64,000 bases of DNA. Source: Eledone cirrhosa. Taxonomy: Eukaryota. This document shows positions 1-12,799 of this stretch, one piece after another. The notes below the pieces were generated by a model, which worked only from the letters and a program-made list of their open reading frames with translations, had not been told where the DNA came from and did no database searches. The DNA is taken from the NCBI GenBank assembly GCA_964016885.1, contig OZ024742.1, positions 14,632,001 through 14,696,000 of the forward strand, read 5' to 3'. Position numbers and translations under genes: made by a program. How positions within the stretch are numbered: the first letter of the stretch is position 1; each line of letters starts with the position of its first letter.

Positions 1-2645
1 TACGTACATATGCCAGACTTGTTCGGATGCCTCTTGGCGGACGTCTACTGCAACTGGCAACAGAACGGGAGGAAAGTTCATAGGGCAGACCATCCAAACC
101 AGGCGATTTACCCCTTGTGCAGCCAGTCATTGCCTCCCGTACTTCAGCTGCTGTTATCGGCTTTTTGCAACACTCCGCCTCAGTGGCCGAGAGCCGCGGC
201 CGTCATGTCAAGGTAGACACTAAAGTCCATCCCTCTATCCGGCCCGCCGCTACCCCCGAACAGCTGAGCGAAGTGTCGCTGAAAAGCTTCACACATTTTC
301 CCGGGTTTAATAATAATAATAATTGTTTCTACTTTAGGCGCAAGGCCAGCAATTATCCAGTGCATTACTGGTACTTTATTTTATCGACCCCGTAAGGATG
401 AAAGGCAAAGTAAACCTCGGCGGGATTTGAACTCAGACGTAACTATGCTGGAAAGCATAGCGTCCGACTCTCTAACGATACTGCCAATCCACCACCGCGA
501 TTAATAATAATAATGATTTCATTTATTAGCCAATAGGGCTGACATGTAGGGGACAATACAAAGACAGGGACAGTGGGGGTTTACAATAAGGTCGAGTAAA
601 AGTGCACAATGGCAAGACTAATTTAACAATGAAGATATAAAAATATAAAATAAACTATGCATAAATATAACAAAATAAATTCCCCAATAAGTGGTGGACA
701 CATCGTAGAGAGGGTAGTTAGGGAACCTGGCACGGGTGGGTCCTTGATCAATTTAGATCAGTCGAAAGTTTTCGATAGGGTCGACCATCGTTATCTGGCG
801 GCAGTCCTGAGGGTGGCTGACTTTGGGCCCGTCTTCAGAGGCTGGATCGCTGCCATGCACAGCGACATCTGCTCTGTGGTGAGAGTGAACGGTCACCTTT
901 CGGAACCGTTCAACATCATGCGCTCAGTCCGCCAAGGATGTCCCCTCTCGTCCCTCTTGTACGTATTGACTCTCGAGCCATTACTGCACAAACTGGAGAC
1001 GTTGACGGGGCCGCGCGAACTAGGATGTGGAAGATCCGTGTCAGCATATGCGGACGATGTCACCATAGTGGTGTCGAACGCCAAACACATCGAGGTGATC
1101 GGCACTACACTAAGAGAATATGAAGCGGTGACAGGAGCAATGATCAACCAGGAAAAGTCGGTGGGCCTGCAGCTCGGCACCTGGAGAGGCAGGTCTATGC
1201 TGTCCAACAACGTCGTCGGGCGCTGGACGGATGGACCGGTTAAATTGCTAGGGGCCTGGTTCGGTCCGGACCTGCAGACGGACAAAAACTGGGACGAGGT
1301 GACGAGCAGGGTGTCTTCTCTCACCCAGAAATGGGCAGAGAGGAAGCTATCCCTAAAAGTTCGAGCGGAGGTGGCGAATGCGTACATCGCGTCCGTCATC
1401 TACTACCGCCTGACCGTCGTACCTTGTCCTAAGCCTCGCCTGACTGTGCTGGAGCGTTTGCTCTTTCGTTTTTTGTGGAAGGGACGCGCTCCGATGGTCA
1501 GGCGGTCCATCTGCTGTCAACACCCGCTACGTGGAGGGCTGGGCATGCCGTGACTGATGATGTGCAGACACGCGCTCAGGCTACGACATCTCCACCTCTT
1601 CCTCGACGGTGATTAGGTGTGGTCGCCGTTTGCTAGACGCATCTTTCCCCAGCTCGTCTCCTTGGCGGAGCTGCAGTCCTGGGTCAAGCGAAGACCGAGA
1701 GGGAGTGCTTGGAGACTGGAATGTCTTCAGGCCCTCACAACCCTCAACCAGTCGGGCAATGTGATTGGTGGAAACACCACCTTGGCGTTCTATGGAGGAT
1801 TAGTGGAAGAGCGACGACGTACTTGGGGAAACTCTAGGCGTCGACGAAAATCAACTAGCCAATCTCTTCGGAAGAATTTCGGGCCGGGGCCTATGGACAA
1901 CTTCCAGAAATCCCTGGCCTGGCAGTGCTACCGCGGAGCTTTGCCAGTTCGGGATAAACTCTACAGGCATGGAAGTGCTGTCCGCCGGGCATATCCGAGA
2001 TGCACACAGAGCGACGAAACCATCCTGCACGCACTTGTCCAGTGTCCGAGCATTGCTGACTTGTGGGTTTATGTCGAACACCTGCTGTCGCGTGTGGGAC
2101 GGATCCGGCTATCAGCTGAGTCCATCGTGAGGATTGCCCCGCCCTCTTCCTTTATCCGGGAAGGGCAGGCAGTTTTTATCTGTCTGGTGGCCATGGCGAA
2201 AGGGATAGTATGTTGGACGCGTCTGAAAGGGCTGAAGATGAGCACTTACCTCTTCGGTGATGCCCTGATTAACTTTTTCAAATTTCATTTGAAAAGGAAA
2301 ATCAGGGTAGAGAGGGAAGTGCTCTCTTCCCAGCTTTTTGTTAAAAGATGGGTGAGAGAGGCAAGAATAGCCCGAGTATGTGCCTGTAAATTGAAGGTGG
2401 AAAACTGGGAGAGGGCACTTGCCCTGGTGGTCAGGTTCACCGTGGCTTTTTTTAATGGGCTTTCTCCCCGATGGCCCTCGGAAGTCTCCCCCTATTGGGG
2501 AATTTTTCATTGTTCCTTTTTTGTTACATCCTCTGTTTTTGTTTTTTTAAACACGCAGAAATGCCTATTTATACCGTCCTGTATTGTCCTGTACTGTCCT
2601 TAATGTCTTACTTTGTGTAAACCCTTTTGGTTAATAAAGAAAGCA
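1..2645 (+). mobile_element. 3' part of the same L1/Tx1 element in the upstream unit
   Basis: RT ORF 657-1553 and C-terminal ORF 1617-2603; matches 31909-34555. Confidence 0.93.
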
Positions 2646-3164
2646 TTATTATTGTTATTTTGCTAAACTGCTATATTTAGCTTTTGTTGATCTAGAAAAG
2701 GCCTTTGACAGTACCTCACTCTATTATCTGGTGGCCCTTAAGGAAATTAGGCATAGAAGAATGACTTGTTACAGCAGTGTAAGGCATTTACAGAGGAGCT
2801 GTCAGTAAAGTGAGAGTAGGAAATGAGTTTAGTGAGGAATTCAAGTTACATGTAGGAGTTCATCCAGGTTGGGTAGCCCACTACCATTGATTATAGTTCT
2901 CCAGGCCATAACAGAGGAGTTTAAACATGGCTGCCCTTGAGAACTTCTCTCTGCAGATGATTAGGGACTTACAGCTGAATCCATAAAAGAACTAGAATAA
3001 GTTCCGACTATGGAAACAGAATTTGGTGTCAAAAGGTCTGAGAGTAAACTTAGCCAAAACTAAAGTGCTAGTAAGTAGAAGAGAAGATAGGACTTATTCC
3101 AACTCCCCCTGTTTATTCCACCTCACCCACTATTATTTGGGAGCTCAGAGTATATATATATATA

Positions 3165-3355
3165 TATAACGAAGGAGTTGTGGTACGGAACCAGATGGAC
3201 CATAATGCACCAGAGTACTCAATACTTAGGGTAGTAGAGTGGGTAATAGGAAAATGTATGACCCCGACGGCAGAGCTAAATCCGTCAACGGCTATTTCAG
3301 TCCAGAAATAGCCATCAAAATGGCTTGAGCTCTGCCATCGGGGTCATACATTTTC
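3165..3355 (+). repeat. Short (TA)n-embedded repeat ending in a long hairpin (paralog ~35073-35263)
   Basis: gaaaatgtatgaccccgacggcagagct pairs with agctctgccatcggggtcatacattttc. The 5' 85 bp is the reverse complement of ~5545-5628. Confidence 0.8.
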
Positions 3356-3368
3356 ATATATATATATA

Positions 3369-4117
3369 CGAGGTGTGTCAGAAAAGTTCCAGGACTGATG
3401 TCACAAAAGATTTATTTCAAACCCAAACTTCACACTAAGAGTTTTCACCTTCAAAGTAAACCCCCTGGAGTATGTAACTGTAATCTTAAACGAACTAAGG
3501 GAGAAATTAGGAATAAGAGGGATCAGATGTTGTTTACTCGAGAGAAGACTACGTTGGTACGGTCACGTGATGCGCATGAAAGACGACAGCTGTATAAAAA
3601 AGTGTAGGGCGATAAAAATAGACGGTAGCCACGGAGTAGGCAGACCCAGAAAAACCTGGGACGACTTGATACATTCCGACCTCACACACTTACACCTCTC
3701 CAAGACAATGTCACTGGACCGAGATCTTTGGCGCTACACAGTAATACAGAAGACCCGCCTTACCGAAGTAGGCACCTCTAACAAAAATATCCCCCGTCCC
3801 ACTACCCCCACCCCATCCACACCACTCCTTTCAATGTAAAGTTATGTTGGTACCACAACATCCAGTCCGATACAAATGAGGTCGTGTAGGTGTCCCGACA
3901 AAAAAAAAAAAAAATACACAGTCCACGCTGTAATGTGGCCGTGTAGTTAACACGGTAAAAACCTCCAGTCCAAACTGTAAACATGGTTGGTGTTAGGAAG
4001 GGCATCCAGCCGTAGAAAACCTGCCAGACAGTCCTATACGAGCAAGGCAACCAATCTTGCCTCAAGTGGGAAAATTCCCGTCCAAACCCATGCTAACGTG
4101 GAAGATGGACGTTAAAC

Positions 4118-4160
<43 letters not shown>

Positions 4161-4930
4161 AGCTCTCTGCAGCGATCAAACTTTTTTCTTCAGAATTTTA
4201 TATACATGTCCTCTGTTTCAGGTCGTCAAGCAATGAGCACAGAGCAACGAACGGTTGGGGAAAACTCCGTCAGAAGCACTGGGATTGCTGCAAGTGTATG
4301 GAGCTGAGACGATGCCACGCTCACGTGTTTTTGTGTGGTGCAAGAGGTTTAAAGAAGGACGCGAGGACGTGGAAGATGACCCCAGGAGTGGAAGGCCCAC
4401 AACAACCAGGACTGAGGTCAACGTTGAGCGCGTCAGGCAGATGGTGCGTAGCGATCGTCGGCTGACTGTTTGACTGATGGCAAATGAGCTGGGCATGAAT
4501 CGGGACAGCGTCTGGAAGATTCTCACTGCAGATTTGGACATGCGGAAAGTCTGCGTGAAGATGGTGCCAAAACTGCTGAACCATGACCAGAAGGGTCGAC
4601 GCATGCAAGTGTGCCAGGACATCCTCGAGCGTCTTGAAACCGAACCAGACTTGCTAGGGACAGTCATCACCGGTGATGAGTCATGGATCTTCGAGTACGC
4701 CCGGAAGGGACCCGTTTTGAAGACGTGGACGACATCAAAAAGGCCCTGACGACGGAACTGCGGAGGATCCCGGAAGAACCTTTCCAGGAGTGCATGCAAG
4801 CGGGGAAGAAAAGGATGAAAAAGTGCATTAGACTCTAGGGGGGTTACTTTGAAGGAGAAAACTGTTAGTGTGAAGTTTGGGTTTGAAATAAATCTTTTCT
4901 GGCATCAGTCCTGGAACTTTTCTGACACAG
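3369..4930 (+). mobile_element. Defective mariner DNA transposon with nested RTE 3' fragment
   Basis: TA|CGAGGTGTGTCAGAAAAGTTCC left end and inverted match at ~4830-4930. Transposase remnant 4233-4855 (DDPRSGRP, MVPKLL, ITGDESWIFEY) lacks most of the catalytic domain. Confidence 0.9.
3495..4160 (+). mobile_element. 5'-truncated RTE LINE 3' end with (GAT)n tail (paralog ~35400-36063)
   Basis: RLRWYGHVMRMKDDSCIKKC..GRPRKTW, homologous to ORF 21348-21797; ends in cgttaaac(gat)n. Confidence 0.88.
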
Positions 4931-5435
4931 ATATATATATATATATAGATATAGATATATATATATAGAGAGAGATATATTGGATATAGATATATAAATA
5001 CGGCTCCTTAATTGTAGAGCTAACTCTGTTGAAAGGAATCGACTGCTGTTTCTAGTTGTCGATAACCCTATTCACGCCACTGAGACGAAGCTACTATGAT
5101 GTGTAAATACAACACGTGGTAATAGCCAGCTGAAGATTTGAACTTGTAGTGTAAACATGGATTGTTGGAAATTTTCTTCCTTGTTGAAAATCCAAAATAT
5201 CCACTTCCGTGGTTTACCATCTGATTAATTGGTGAAATATATTTCTTTAATGGAATATATAGAGGGAAGATTAATCATATTATAAGATATCTATTTTTGA
5301 AGTTCTAGTCAACTTTATTTAGTTACCTACCTAGCTATGTGTGGTCACACACTTGTAAAAATTATCTCCTGTGATTATTCATGGTTATATATATGTTAAT
5401 CAATTTCTAGTTATTATATATATATATGTGTGTGT

Positions 5436-5771
<336 letters not shown>

Positions 5772-7067
5772 CAGGGTGTGGACGATATTTGTTCGCAATT
5801 TTCAACTGCTAATTTTATGCAAATTATTTTTACTTCCGTTGTCACTCTTGTCTTCATAAAAACAGTGACTATATTTCCATTATTTATTTTCAGAATAATT
5901 GATTATGAGTAATTTTGAACCTCCAAATTTGTGGAAGAGACACGGAGTTCTTCTTGGAATCCGTGCCGGGAAGACAAATAAAGAAATTTCAGACTTTCTC
6001 AGTGTCAGCAGGAGAATGGTGGAAAAGGTCAGAAGGGAATTGGAAGATTCAGGATTCGACTACGAAGCAACATCAGAGAGGAAAACACATGATCAACGAT
6101 CTGACGCCTTCAGAACGCCCGAGTTCGTTGCTGAAGTTCAGGATATCATCAACAATGAACCTAGCAAGTCGATGCATGCCATTGCAAGGGAGAAAGGCAT
6201 GGATGAAAAGCTCATTAGGCTGGTGGTACATGAAGACATTCGCTACGTTTCATACAAGATGAGGAAAAGACAAATTCTTTCAAAGGCGATGCAAGAAAAG
6301 CGACTGAAGCACGTAAAGAAGCTGATCAACAAGTTGAAACACCCACTGGAGCCAGACATGCTGTTATTTTTTTCCGACGAGAAAAACTTCTGCTAAACCA
6401 GAAGATCAACTCCCAGAACAACAGGTGGCTCGCTGTCTCATCCAAAGACGTGCCCAGAGTCATGCAGACAAAGTTTCCAGCGACAACATTGGTCTTAGTT
6501 GTCGTCAGCAGTCAAGGTGACGTCATGCCACCTCACTTCTTCCCTGAGGGCCTCAAGCTGAACACCGATGGCTACATCCGCGTTCTGAGCGAGGTAGTAA
6601 AGCCCTGGATCGACCAGTTAGCTCCAGGTAGGCCGTACGTGTGGCAGCTAGACTCAGCGCCCTGCCATACCAGCCGAAAGAACCCAAGCCTGGCTGTCAG
6701 AGAACTTTGTTGACCACACTTCACCTGACGTCTGGCCTCCCAGCTCGCCTGACTGCAACTCCCTCGACTTCTTTGTGTGGGGCGCAGTGGAACAAGACAC
6801 CAACAGACCTAGCTGCAATACGAAAGACGATCTGAAGGCCAGGATCACAATTGCCTTTAGGGGCCTAAGTCGGGGGACAGTGACAAAGGCCTGTAGCCGG
6901 ATCCGAGGCCGTCATCAAAGCCAATGGCGGGTTTATCGAGTGAGATCGAAAGAACAAGTGATGAAGACAAACTGATCCAAATTTGATAAATATATCTTAA
7001 AAATAAAACTACTGTGTTACTTTTTCCTAGTTACTGTTTCTTGCGAACAAATATCGTCTGCACCCTG
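5772..7067 (+). mobile_element. DD37D (maT) Tc1/mariner-superfamily transposon, transposase pseudogene
   Basis: TA-flanked ~27-bp TIRs CAGGGTGTGGACGATATTTGTTCGCAA and TTGCGAACAAATATCGTCTGCACCCTG. Motifs FSDEK, QxDSAPCH and WPPSSPDCNSLD, with 37 residues between the 2nd and 3rd Asp after one frameshift correction. Confidence 0.93.
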
Positions 7068-7305
7068 TATATATATATATATATATATATATGTATGAAT
7101 GAAGTAATTCCGTCGGAAAAGTCCAGGAGAAAAGAGTGCTCTATGTAGGTAACAGAGCTTAATAGTTATGTAATAAACAACACAAGGCAATTATTCCATT
7201 TACCAGTGGTTTCTTAAAAGCAAAAAGTTTTGCTTTCAATCATCAGAATATATATATATAATGACTGTTACATATAGTATCATTTATCATATTTTCTTCT
7301 TACAG

Positions 7306-7348
7306 GAGAAGCACACTAATTTTAGGGCGCCAACCTACTTGCTGTCAG
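7306..7348 (+). CDS. Internal coding exon of upstream gene copy A: (L)RSTLILGRQPTCCQ
   Basis: Paralog of 39617-39659 with AGA instead of AGT; same splice sites. Its first coding exon would lie upstream of the window. Confidence 0.7.
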
Positions 7349-7425
7349 GTAAAATAATAAAACATTTTGTTTTCTGTGTCTTCTGCTTTGGGTTTCATCC
7401 ATCTCAATGAAGTAGTAGTAGTAGC

Positions 7426-7470
<45 letters not shown>

Positions 7471-7471
7471 T

Positions 7472-7511
<40 letters not shown>

Positions 7512-7699
7512 CTTTAGTATGGTGTCTAAAGTAACACAATATCAAACCTCTACCAATTCTACCAAGACAACATACTAGTAAAATACAACAATGTACTGTT
7601 ACAATAATTTTATTTATATACCTTCCAAATTATAAATGTTATTGATCGCAGTTTTTGTTGTTGCTGTCACATGTTATAAGCAAATTTTTGTTTGAGGTG

Positions 7700-7910
7700 A
7701 AACTGGACCAACATTTAGCAAATTCACACAGACTTACAAGAAACTGGACCAACAGACTTACAAGAAACTGGGCCAACATTTAGCAAATTCACACAGACTT
7801 ACAAGAAACTGGACCAACAGACTTACAAGAAACTGGGCCAACATTTAGCAAATTCACACAGACTTACAAGATACTGGGCCAACATTTAGCAAACTCTCCC
7901 AGATTTACAT
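7700..7910. repeat. Minisatellite with alternating ~40 and ~24 bp units (paralog ~39981-40190)
   Basis: aaactgg(a/g)ccaaca[tttagcaaattcacaca]gacttacaag repeated about 6 times. Confidence 0.9.
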
Positions 7911-7929
7911 GAAGTAGCTTCTCTTGTTG

Positions 7930-8760
7930 GTCTCCATCTTAATAAAGGTAAAACTGAGTACATCTCAAATTTATCTGCTCAAACCACCCACAAAGCACAA
8001 GGTGGAAGTGAAATTAAAAAAGTTAAAGATTTTAGGTATCCTGGTTCTTGGGTCCTGAACTCTGGAAAAGATTTAAATACCAGAAACACCCAGGTGTGGT
8101 TAGTCATGCTTGACAGAATCTGGCTCTGTTTCTATCTATCAAATTCCTCCAAAATAAGAATCTTCCAAGTTACTATAGAACCAATTCTACTTTATTGTAA
8201 CTTGGACACTTACTATCAAACAACAAAAGTTCCTCAATGGAGTATATACATCCTTGTTGTGTCAGGCTGAAAACATAAACTGGAAGCAATATAAGACTCT
8301 AGCAGAGTTATATAATAGTCTTCCTCAAATTTATAATTTTGTGTAAAAGAAGAAGGTGAGGTTTGTTAGCCATTGCCATCACACTTCACATGAAGCTGTG
8401 TCTCCTTTAGTACTTTAGGAACAAACATCTGTCAAAACCCAAAGAGGTTGTAAGCTTATCCCAGTGGAAGGAAGCCACAATAGAGGATGACTGAGAAAGA
8501 CCTGCGCAGAGGTTGTGAGAGTAGACCTCAAATTACTAAGACTGGCAGAGGAGATGACGAAGGAATAAAACAAGTGGAGAGATGCTGTGCTGTGAAGGAC
8601 TCATCCAACTCTTGCAAGCATGGAAAAGTGGACATAAAAACTATGATGATGATGATGATGATGATGATGTCATAGCCAGAAACTCTGGTATTGATGACCA
8701 GGATCTAGGCAATGTAATGGGCAATAGGTTTATGTAAGGTGTGGGGATGTATCATTAAGT
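7930..8760 (+). mobile_element. Old RTE-type LINE C-terminal fragment with a nested (GAT)n-tailed RTE 3' end (~8460-8670)
   Basis: Degenerate translation EIKKVKDFRYPGSW..KIRIFQVTIEPILLY..WTLT..VRFVSHC; paralog at +32281. Confidence 0.7.
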
Positions 8761-9272
8761 CTGTTTTACTTGAAGTCACAAAATAATGATGTTGTTTAGT
8801 GGACCAATGAATTATTAACCAGTAGGTTTAGTTAGTAGTTTGTGGTGACAGACAATCAGCAAGATAACAATCAGCTTAGAACAATTTAACCAGTGTATAT
8901 ATATATATAGTGAAGGTGTGTGGCTTACTGGTTAGAGAATTGGATTCACAATTGTGAGGTTGCAGGTTTAATACCAGGACTGGGGAATGTGTTATGTCCT
9001 TGAACAAGACACTTTATTTCACATTGTTCTTCCTGCCAGGAGTTGTGACTGGTAGATAGTATCTATAACAGAAAGACCAATGGAAACATTGTTTCCTTGG
9101 TCCAATTTGATGAGTTTCACCCCATTTAATAAGTGATTGAGGTTAGATCTTGTCAATAGTGAACACATTTCAAATTTTTAAATTTGCCAATCTTCTTATG
9201 TCAACCACTTTGTTTAATCATCAAAAGTGTATCTAATAAAATTACTGATTCCATTTTCTTTTTTTATTTCAG

Positions 9273-9440
9273 ATTTAGTTTTCACAGTTCCACAAAGATC
9301 TGAAAATCCGGTTTCCAAATGCCTTTGCCACCCACAAAATGTCTTCAGAGCGTCTAATAAAAGCTATGCCATTTTTCCTGAATTTCAAAGAATGATGTTT
9401 TTTTCTTCTTTTTCTATTAACAACATGTAATTCAATAAAA
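9273..9440 (+). CDS. Terminal exon of upstream gene copy A (Ile-stop plus 3' UTR)
   Basis: Paralog of 41554-41720; AATAAA at 9356 and 9434. Confidence 0.58.
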
Positions 9441-9487
9441 TAAAATGTTAACATTATTTTCTCTCCATAATTATTATTATTTGTTGT

Positions 9488-9795
9488 AGCATATGGCCTA
9501 GTGGTAAGTGTGTTAGACTTATGATGATAATACCAATGGTTAGATTCCTGTGCTGGGTTGTGCGTTGTGTTCTTGAGCAGCATACTTCATTTCACATTGT
9601 TCCAGTATACTCAGCTGAAAATGAGTACTGTCCATAGCTGGGGGTTTAACCTTGTGATCGAATGGCATCCTTTCAAGGGGGAGTCTTGTATCCTCAGTCA
9701 CTTAACACCATGGAAACCAAGGTAAGCACCTAATGAACCTCCAGGTTTGGGACATCCTTGTGTGGCTAATAAAGGAATCAATGTTGTTGTTGTTG
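9488..9795 (+). mobile_element. tRNA-derived SINE (family 1); other copies at ~8912-9030 (+) and ~26290-26520 (-), plus paralogs
   Basis: A-box-like tggcctagtggtaag, degenerate B box, shared body gttgtgttcttgagcaa..cttcatttcac..ccagt.cactcagctgaaaatgagtac, and a (gtt)n tail. Confidence 0.75.
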
Positions 9796-9799
9796 AAAC

Positions 9800-10390
9800 A
9801 ACTACAGGAGAGTACTTAGCTAAGAGAAAGCCACTGCATCTAGCATTTGTAGATTTGGAGAAGGCCTTTGACAGGGTCCCATGCTCTGTAATCTGGTGGG
9901 CACTTAGGACAGTAAATGTAGATGAATGTCTTGTGAGGGCTGTGCAGGTGATGTATAAAGGATCAATCAACAAAGTGAGAGATGACAATGAGTACAGTGA
10001 TGAATTTGATGTACAATTGGTGGTACACGAGGGCTCAGTCCTCAATCCACTCCTGTTTCTCATTGTCCTTCACACCATCACTGAGGAGTTTAAAACTGGA
10101 ACTCCATAGAAACACCTGAGTACTGATGACTAGTCCTTACATCTGAATATATGGGAGAGTTAGTGGCAAAACTTCAAGCATGGAAGAAGAACTAAGAGCT
10201 GATACTTAGTAAAGATAAAAGTTTTAATAAGTAGCAAAGAGGAGAGTAATACCATGAGGGAATTGGCTGTGTTTAATATGTCAGAAAGTGGTGGGCAGAA
10301 ATTCCATAAGGTGTACACTGTAATTTATGGAGGCACATTAGATGTAGTGGAATTACAGGTAGACTAATGGAAAAGATAGATTTTATAAAA
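9800..10390 (+). mobile_element. RTE LINE RT fragment (paralog ~42081-42670)
   Basis: KRKPLHLAFVDLEKAFDRVP..VHEGSVLNPLLF in ORF 9747-10109. Confidence 0.9.
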
Positions 10391-10534
10391 TCTTTCTAAA
10401 TCTTTTCCTGCCTCAGTCTATCTTCCAATGAAGGACCAACGTTTGAAACGTTAAGACTCTTTCTCTATGTTTAACATCCTTTTCCACACTATAATTGGTT
10501 AGACTTTGCCTTTCAGTCATACGGGGATCGATAA

Positions 10535-10990
10535 AATAAAGTACCAGTAACACACTGGAGTCAATTTAATCGACTTTCACCGACCCCATCACCACAAATT
10601 GTTGGCCTTGTACCTGAACCAGAAACCATTATTGACAACTTATATAGCAATAGTTGACAAGAACTATATACGTGTTGTATTTCCATTGGTTAATGTGTAA
10701 CACTTCCAAGAGTCTCCAGCTATAAGTTATATCATCCAACCCAACAGAGAAATATTAAACAATCTGTAAAACTTGAAAACTAACTGTGATAAAATTGTGA
10801 CATTTTCTCCACTAAACACCATCAACTCTACTTTGACTCTTTTACTCAGTAAGTTGACTTCTTTCCATCATATTTCTTCACCTTGGAATTTATATATTTA
10901 TTTATCTACTTATTCATTTATGTAAAATGAAATACACACAAACACTTTTATGCGCACTGTATACACATACACTGCACATACATATATGTA
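10535..10990. repeat. ~460-bp direct repeat; second copy at ~17218-17700
   Basis: taacacactggagtcaatttaatcgac through atgtaaaatgaaatacacaca is nearly identical at both sites. Confidence 0.92.
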
Positions 10991-11004
10991 TGTATGTATG
11001 CATG

Positions 11005-11622
11005 CCGGATCACTCTTGAGTGTTACTGGTAACATGTAACCCAGTACAACCTGTCGCATGGTCGGGTCGTCGACTAAACCGGCAACCCCACCAAGTTTAC
11101 TTGGTGAGGAGCGTGATTTTGGACACCCTGCAGGACAAAAAGCAAAACCTGACAAAGGGCGGAAGAACTCATAAGAGTCAACGGCCATCCAAAAGTGTGT
11201 AAATATGTATATACGCATGTACATATGTATGTATATGTGTATATACATGGGTACATGTGTATGTATATGCGCAGGGACATAGAAATAGTCGGACTGGACA
11301 CCCGATCATGTGGTTAAACAACTGAGAGTGAAGGACTCCTAGCCTTTGTCAGGGCATTCTTCTAGGAGAAGGCAACTCAGGAAACTGGGATAACTCCGAT
11401 ATAAAACCTGCGGCTCAGTAGTTACCGATGATGTTGATCTTTTCTTCTTTTCGAGTTATAGCTACTGTCGCTCAGAGAGTGGGATTGGCTCAGTGCACAG
11501 TCTTTCCTCACTTTAAAAAAATTTTCACGCACAGGCATTGCATGATAGAATTAACTAATAATTATTAATAATGGTATATTGTGCAATGGCCATACTCGAT
11601 AACGAGGGCGCAGCCGTCACAT
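11005..11622 (+). mobile_element. Non-autonomous (TATG)n-tailed retroelement; relatives at 23577-24175, 24205-24730 and 25160-25570, plus paralogs
   Basis: Shared head ggtcactcttgagtgctactggtaacatgtaacccagtacaa and shared tail tggcc(a/g)tactcga..acgag..ggcagcc, always between (TATG)n tracts. No intact ORF. Confidence 0.75.
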
Positions 11623-11687
11623 CATGTATGTATGTATGTATGTATGTATGTATGTATGTATGTATGTATGTATGTATGTATGTATGT

Positions 11688-12108
11688 TATCTCTTTCTCT
11701 TAATTTTGAGTACATTTTTGACCGGCCACCTTCTTGGTGGAAAGGTTGTAAAAGAAAAAAATGGTCATCCCTTGAATCACAAGAATTTTTTGCAAATTTT
11801 GAAGGTGCCAGCTATTGTAGCCATTTGTAGTCTATAAATTAGGGAGCTGCGCTCCTTGTCCACAAATCTAAGTTCAGTTATACTTTGGTCCAAGTGAGTT
11901 GGTATATAACCCGTAGCTCCAATAATGATGGGTATGAAGCTGAAGGTGTATGTTGAATACTGGATCTGCAAACTCCTCATCAATGGTCCGTAGATGTCCT
12001 CCTTCTCTTGTATTTTTCTTACAATGTTGACATCAAGTGGGCAGCTGATCTCTACAAGAGAGCACGTTTTCACTGTGTCATTCCAAATAACAATATCGGG
12101 CCGGTTGT
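11688..12108 (-). mobile_element. 3' end of an R4/Dong-like LINE with restriction-like endonuclease (paralog 43989-44409)
   Basis: HNRPDIVIWND..LVEISCP..K.DIY..IPIIIGATG (PD-(D/E)xK type); 3' end runs into (CATA)n. Confidence 0.85.
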
Positions 12109-12790
12109 GTAGCAAGATCTGTGCACGCCTTGAACCTTGGATGACACCTAGAGGTCAAACTCTAGGTCACCACCCTTTTGGTGTGAACAGATTCATGCGT
12201 GTGCTATCCCCTCAAGGTGGGAGACCGAAAGTGACAGGTATATAAAGCCTATATTTTCCCACCTTACATACAGAGAAATCGGATCATTACAACAAGCTAT
12301 GTAAAGATTCACCGCTACCTTCAGACCCCAGAGATCTACAGACATACAGAGAGATCGGAGCACTACGATACAGACCAGCTATGTAAGGATTCACTGCTAT
12401 CTACAGGCCACAGTGGTCTACAGTCAATTACAGACCATTACTTTCTCTCTCTCCTGGTCGCAGACTAAACCAGACTCACGACAAGAACTACTACCACAGA
12501 CTGCAAACACCAACAAACTTTATCTGGTCGCTCGCTGTTTTCACATCAACAACAAAATAACATTGTCAACCTTTGCAACTCGTGGTAACTTGATTATTGT
12601 TCTTTTTGACTCATGTTTATTCTTCTTTTTGAAACAAGTGAAGTAAACCTTTATGTATAAACTAAATCTTTATTCTTGTTATTACATCCAACAAAATTGT
12701 TGATCCATCTAACTAAATCTTACTTATACCCTTCGTTAAAGTTGTGCTTTAATTTGGTGGCAGTCTTTATTGTCAGGTTCCACCAGTATT
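12108..12790 (+). mobile_element. Possible LTR-like segment
   Basis: Starts with TG at the LINE breakpoint. TATAAA at 12241, two ~60-bp internal direct repeats, and a PBS-like tggtggcag at ~12754. No second LTR or pol ORF. Confidence 0.3.
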
Positions 12791-12799
12791 CTTTAGTGC

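Noticed and set aside
4205-4235. Splice acceptor tcctctgtttcag as an extra exon of the peptide gene
   Set aside because: It lies within the mariner just upstream of the transposase start, with no matching donor or peptide-like coding sequence.
7700-7910. CRISPR-like repeat-spacer appearance
   Set aside because: The intervening sequences are identical rather than unique spacers, the context is eukaryotic and there are no cas genes; it is a minisatellite.
9227-9430. 67-aa ORF containing KCLC as an independent gene or long last exon
   Set aside because: It starts at a non-ATG codon inside the polypyrimidine tract. Using this frame needs a weak donor and puts a stop in copy B, so it is kept only as the alternative model.
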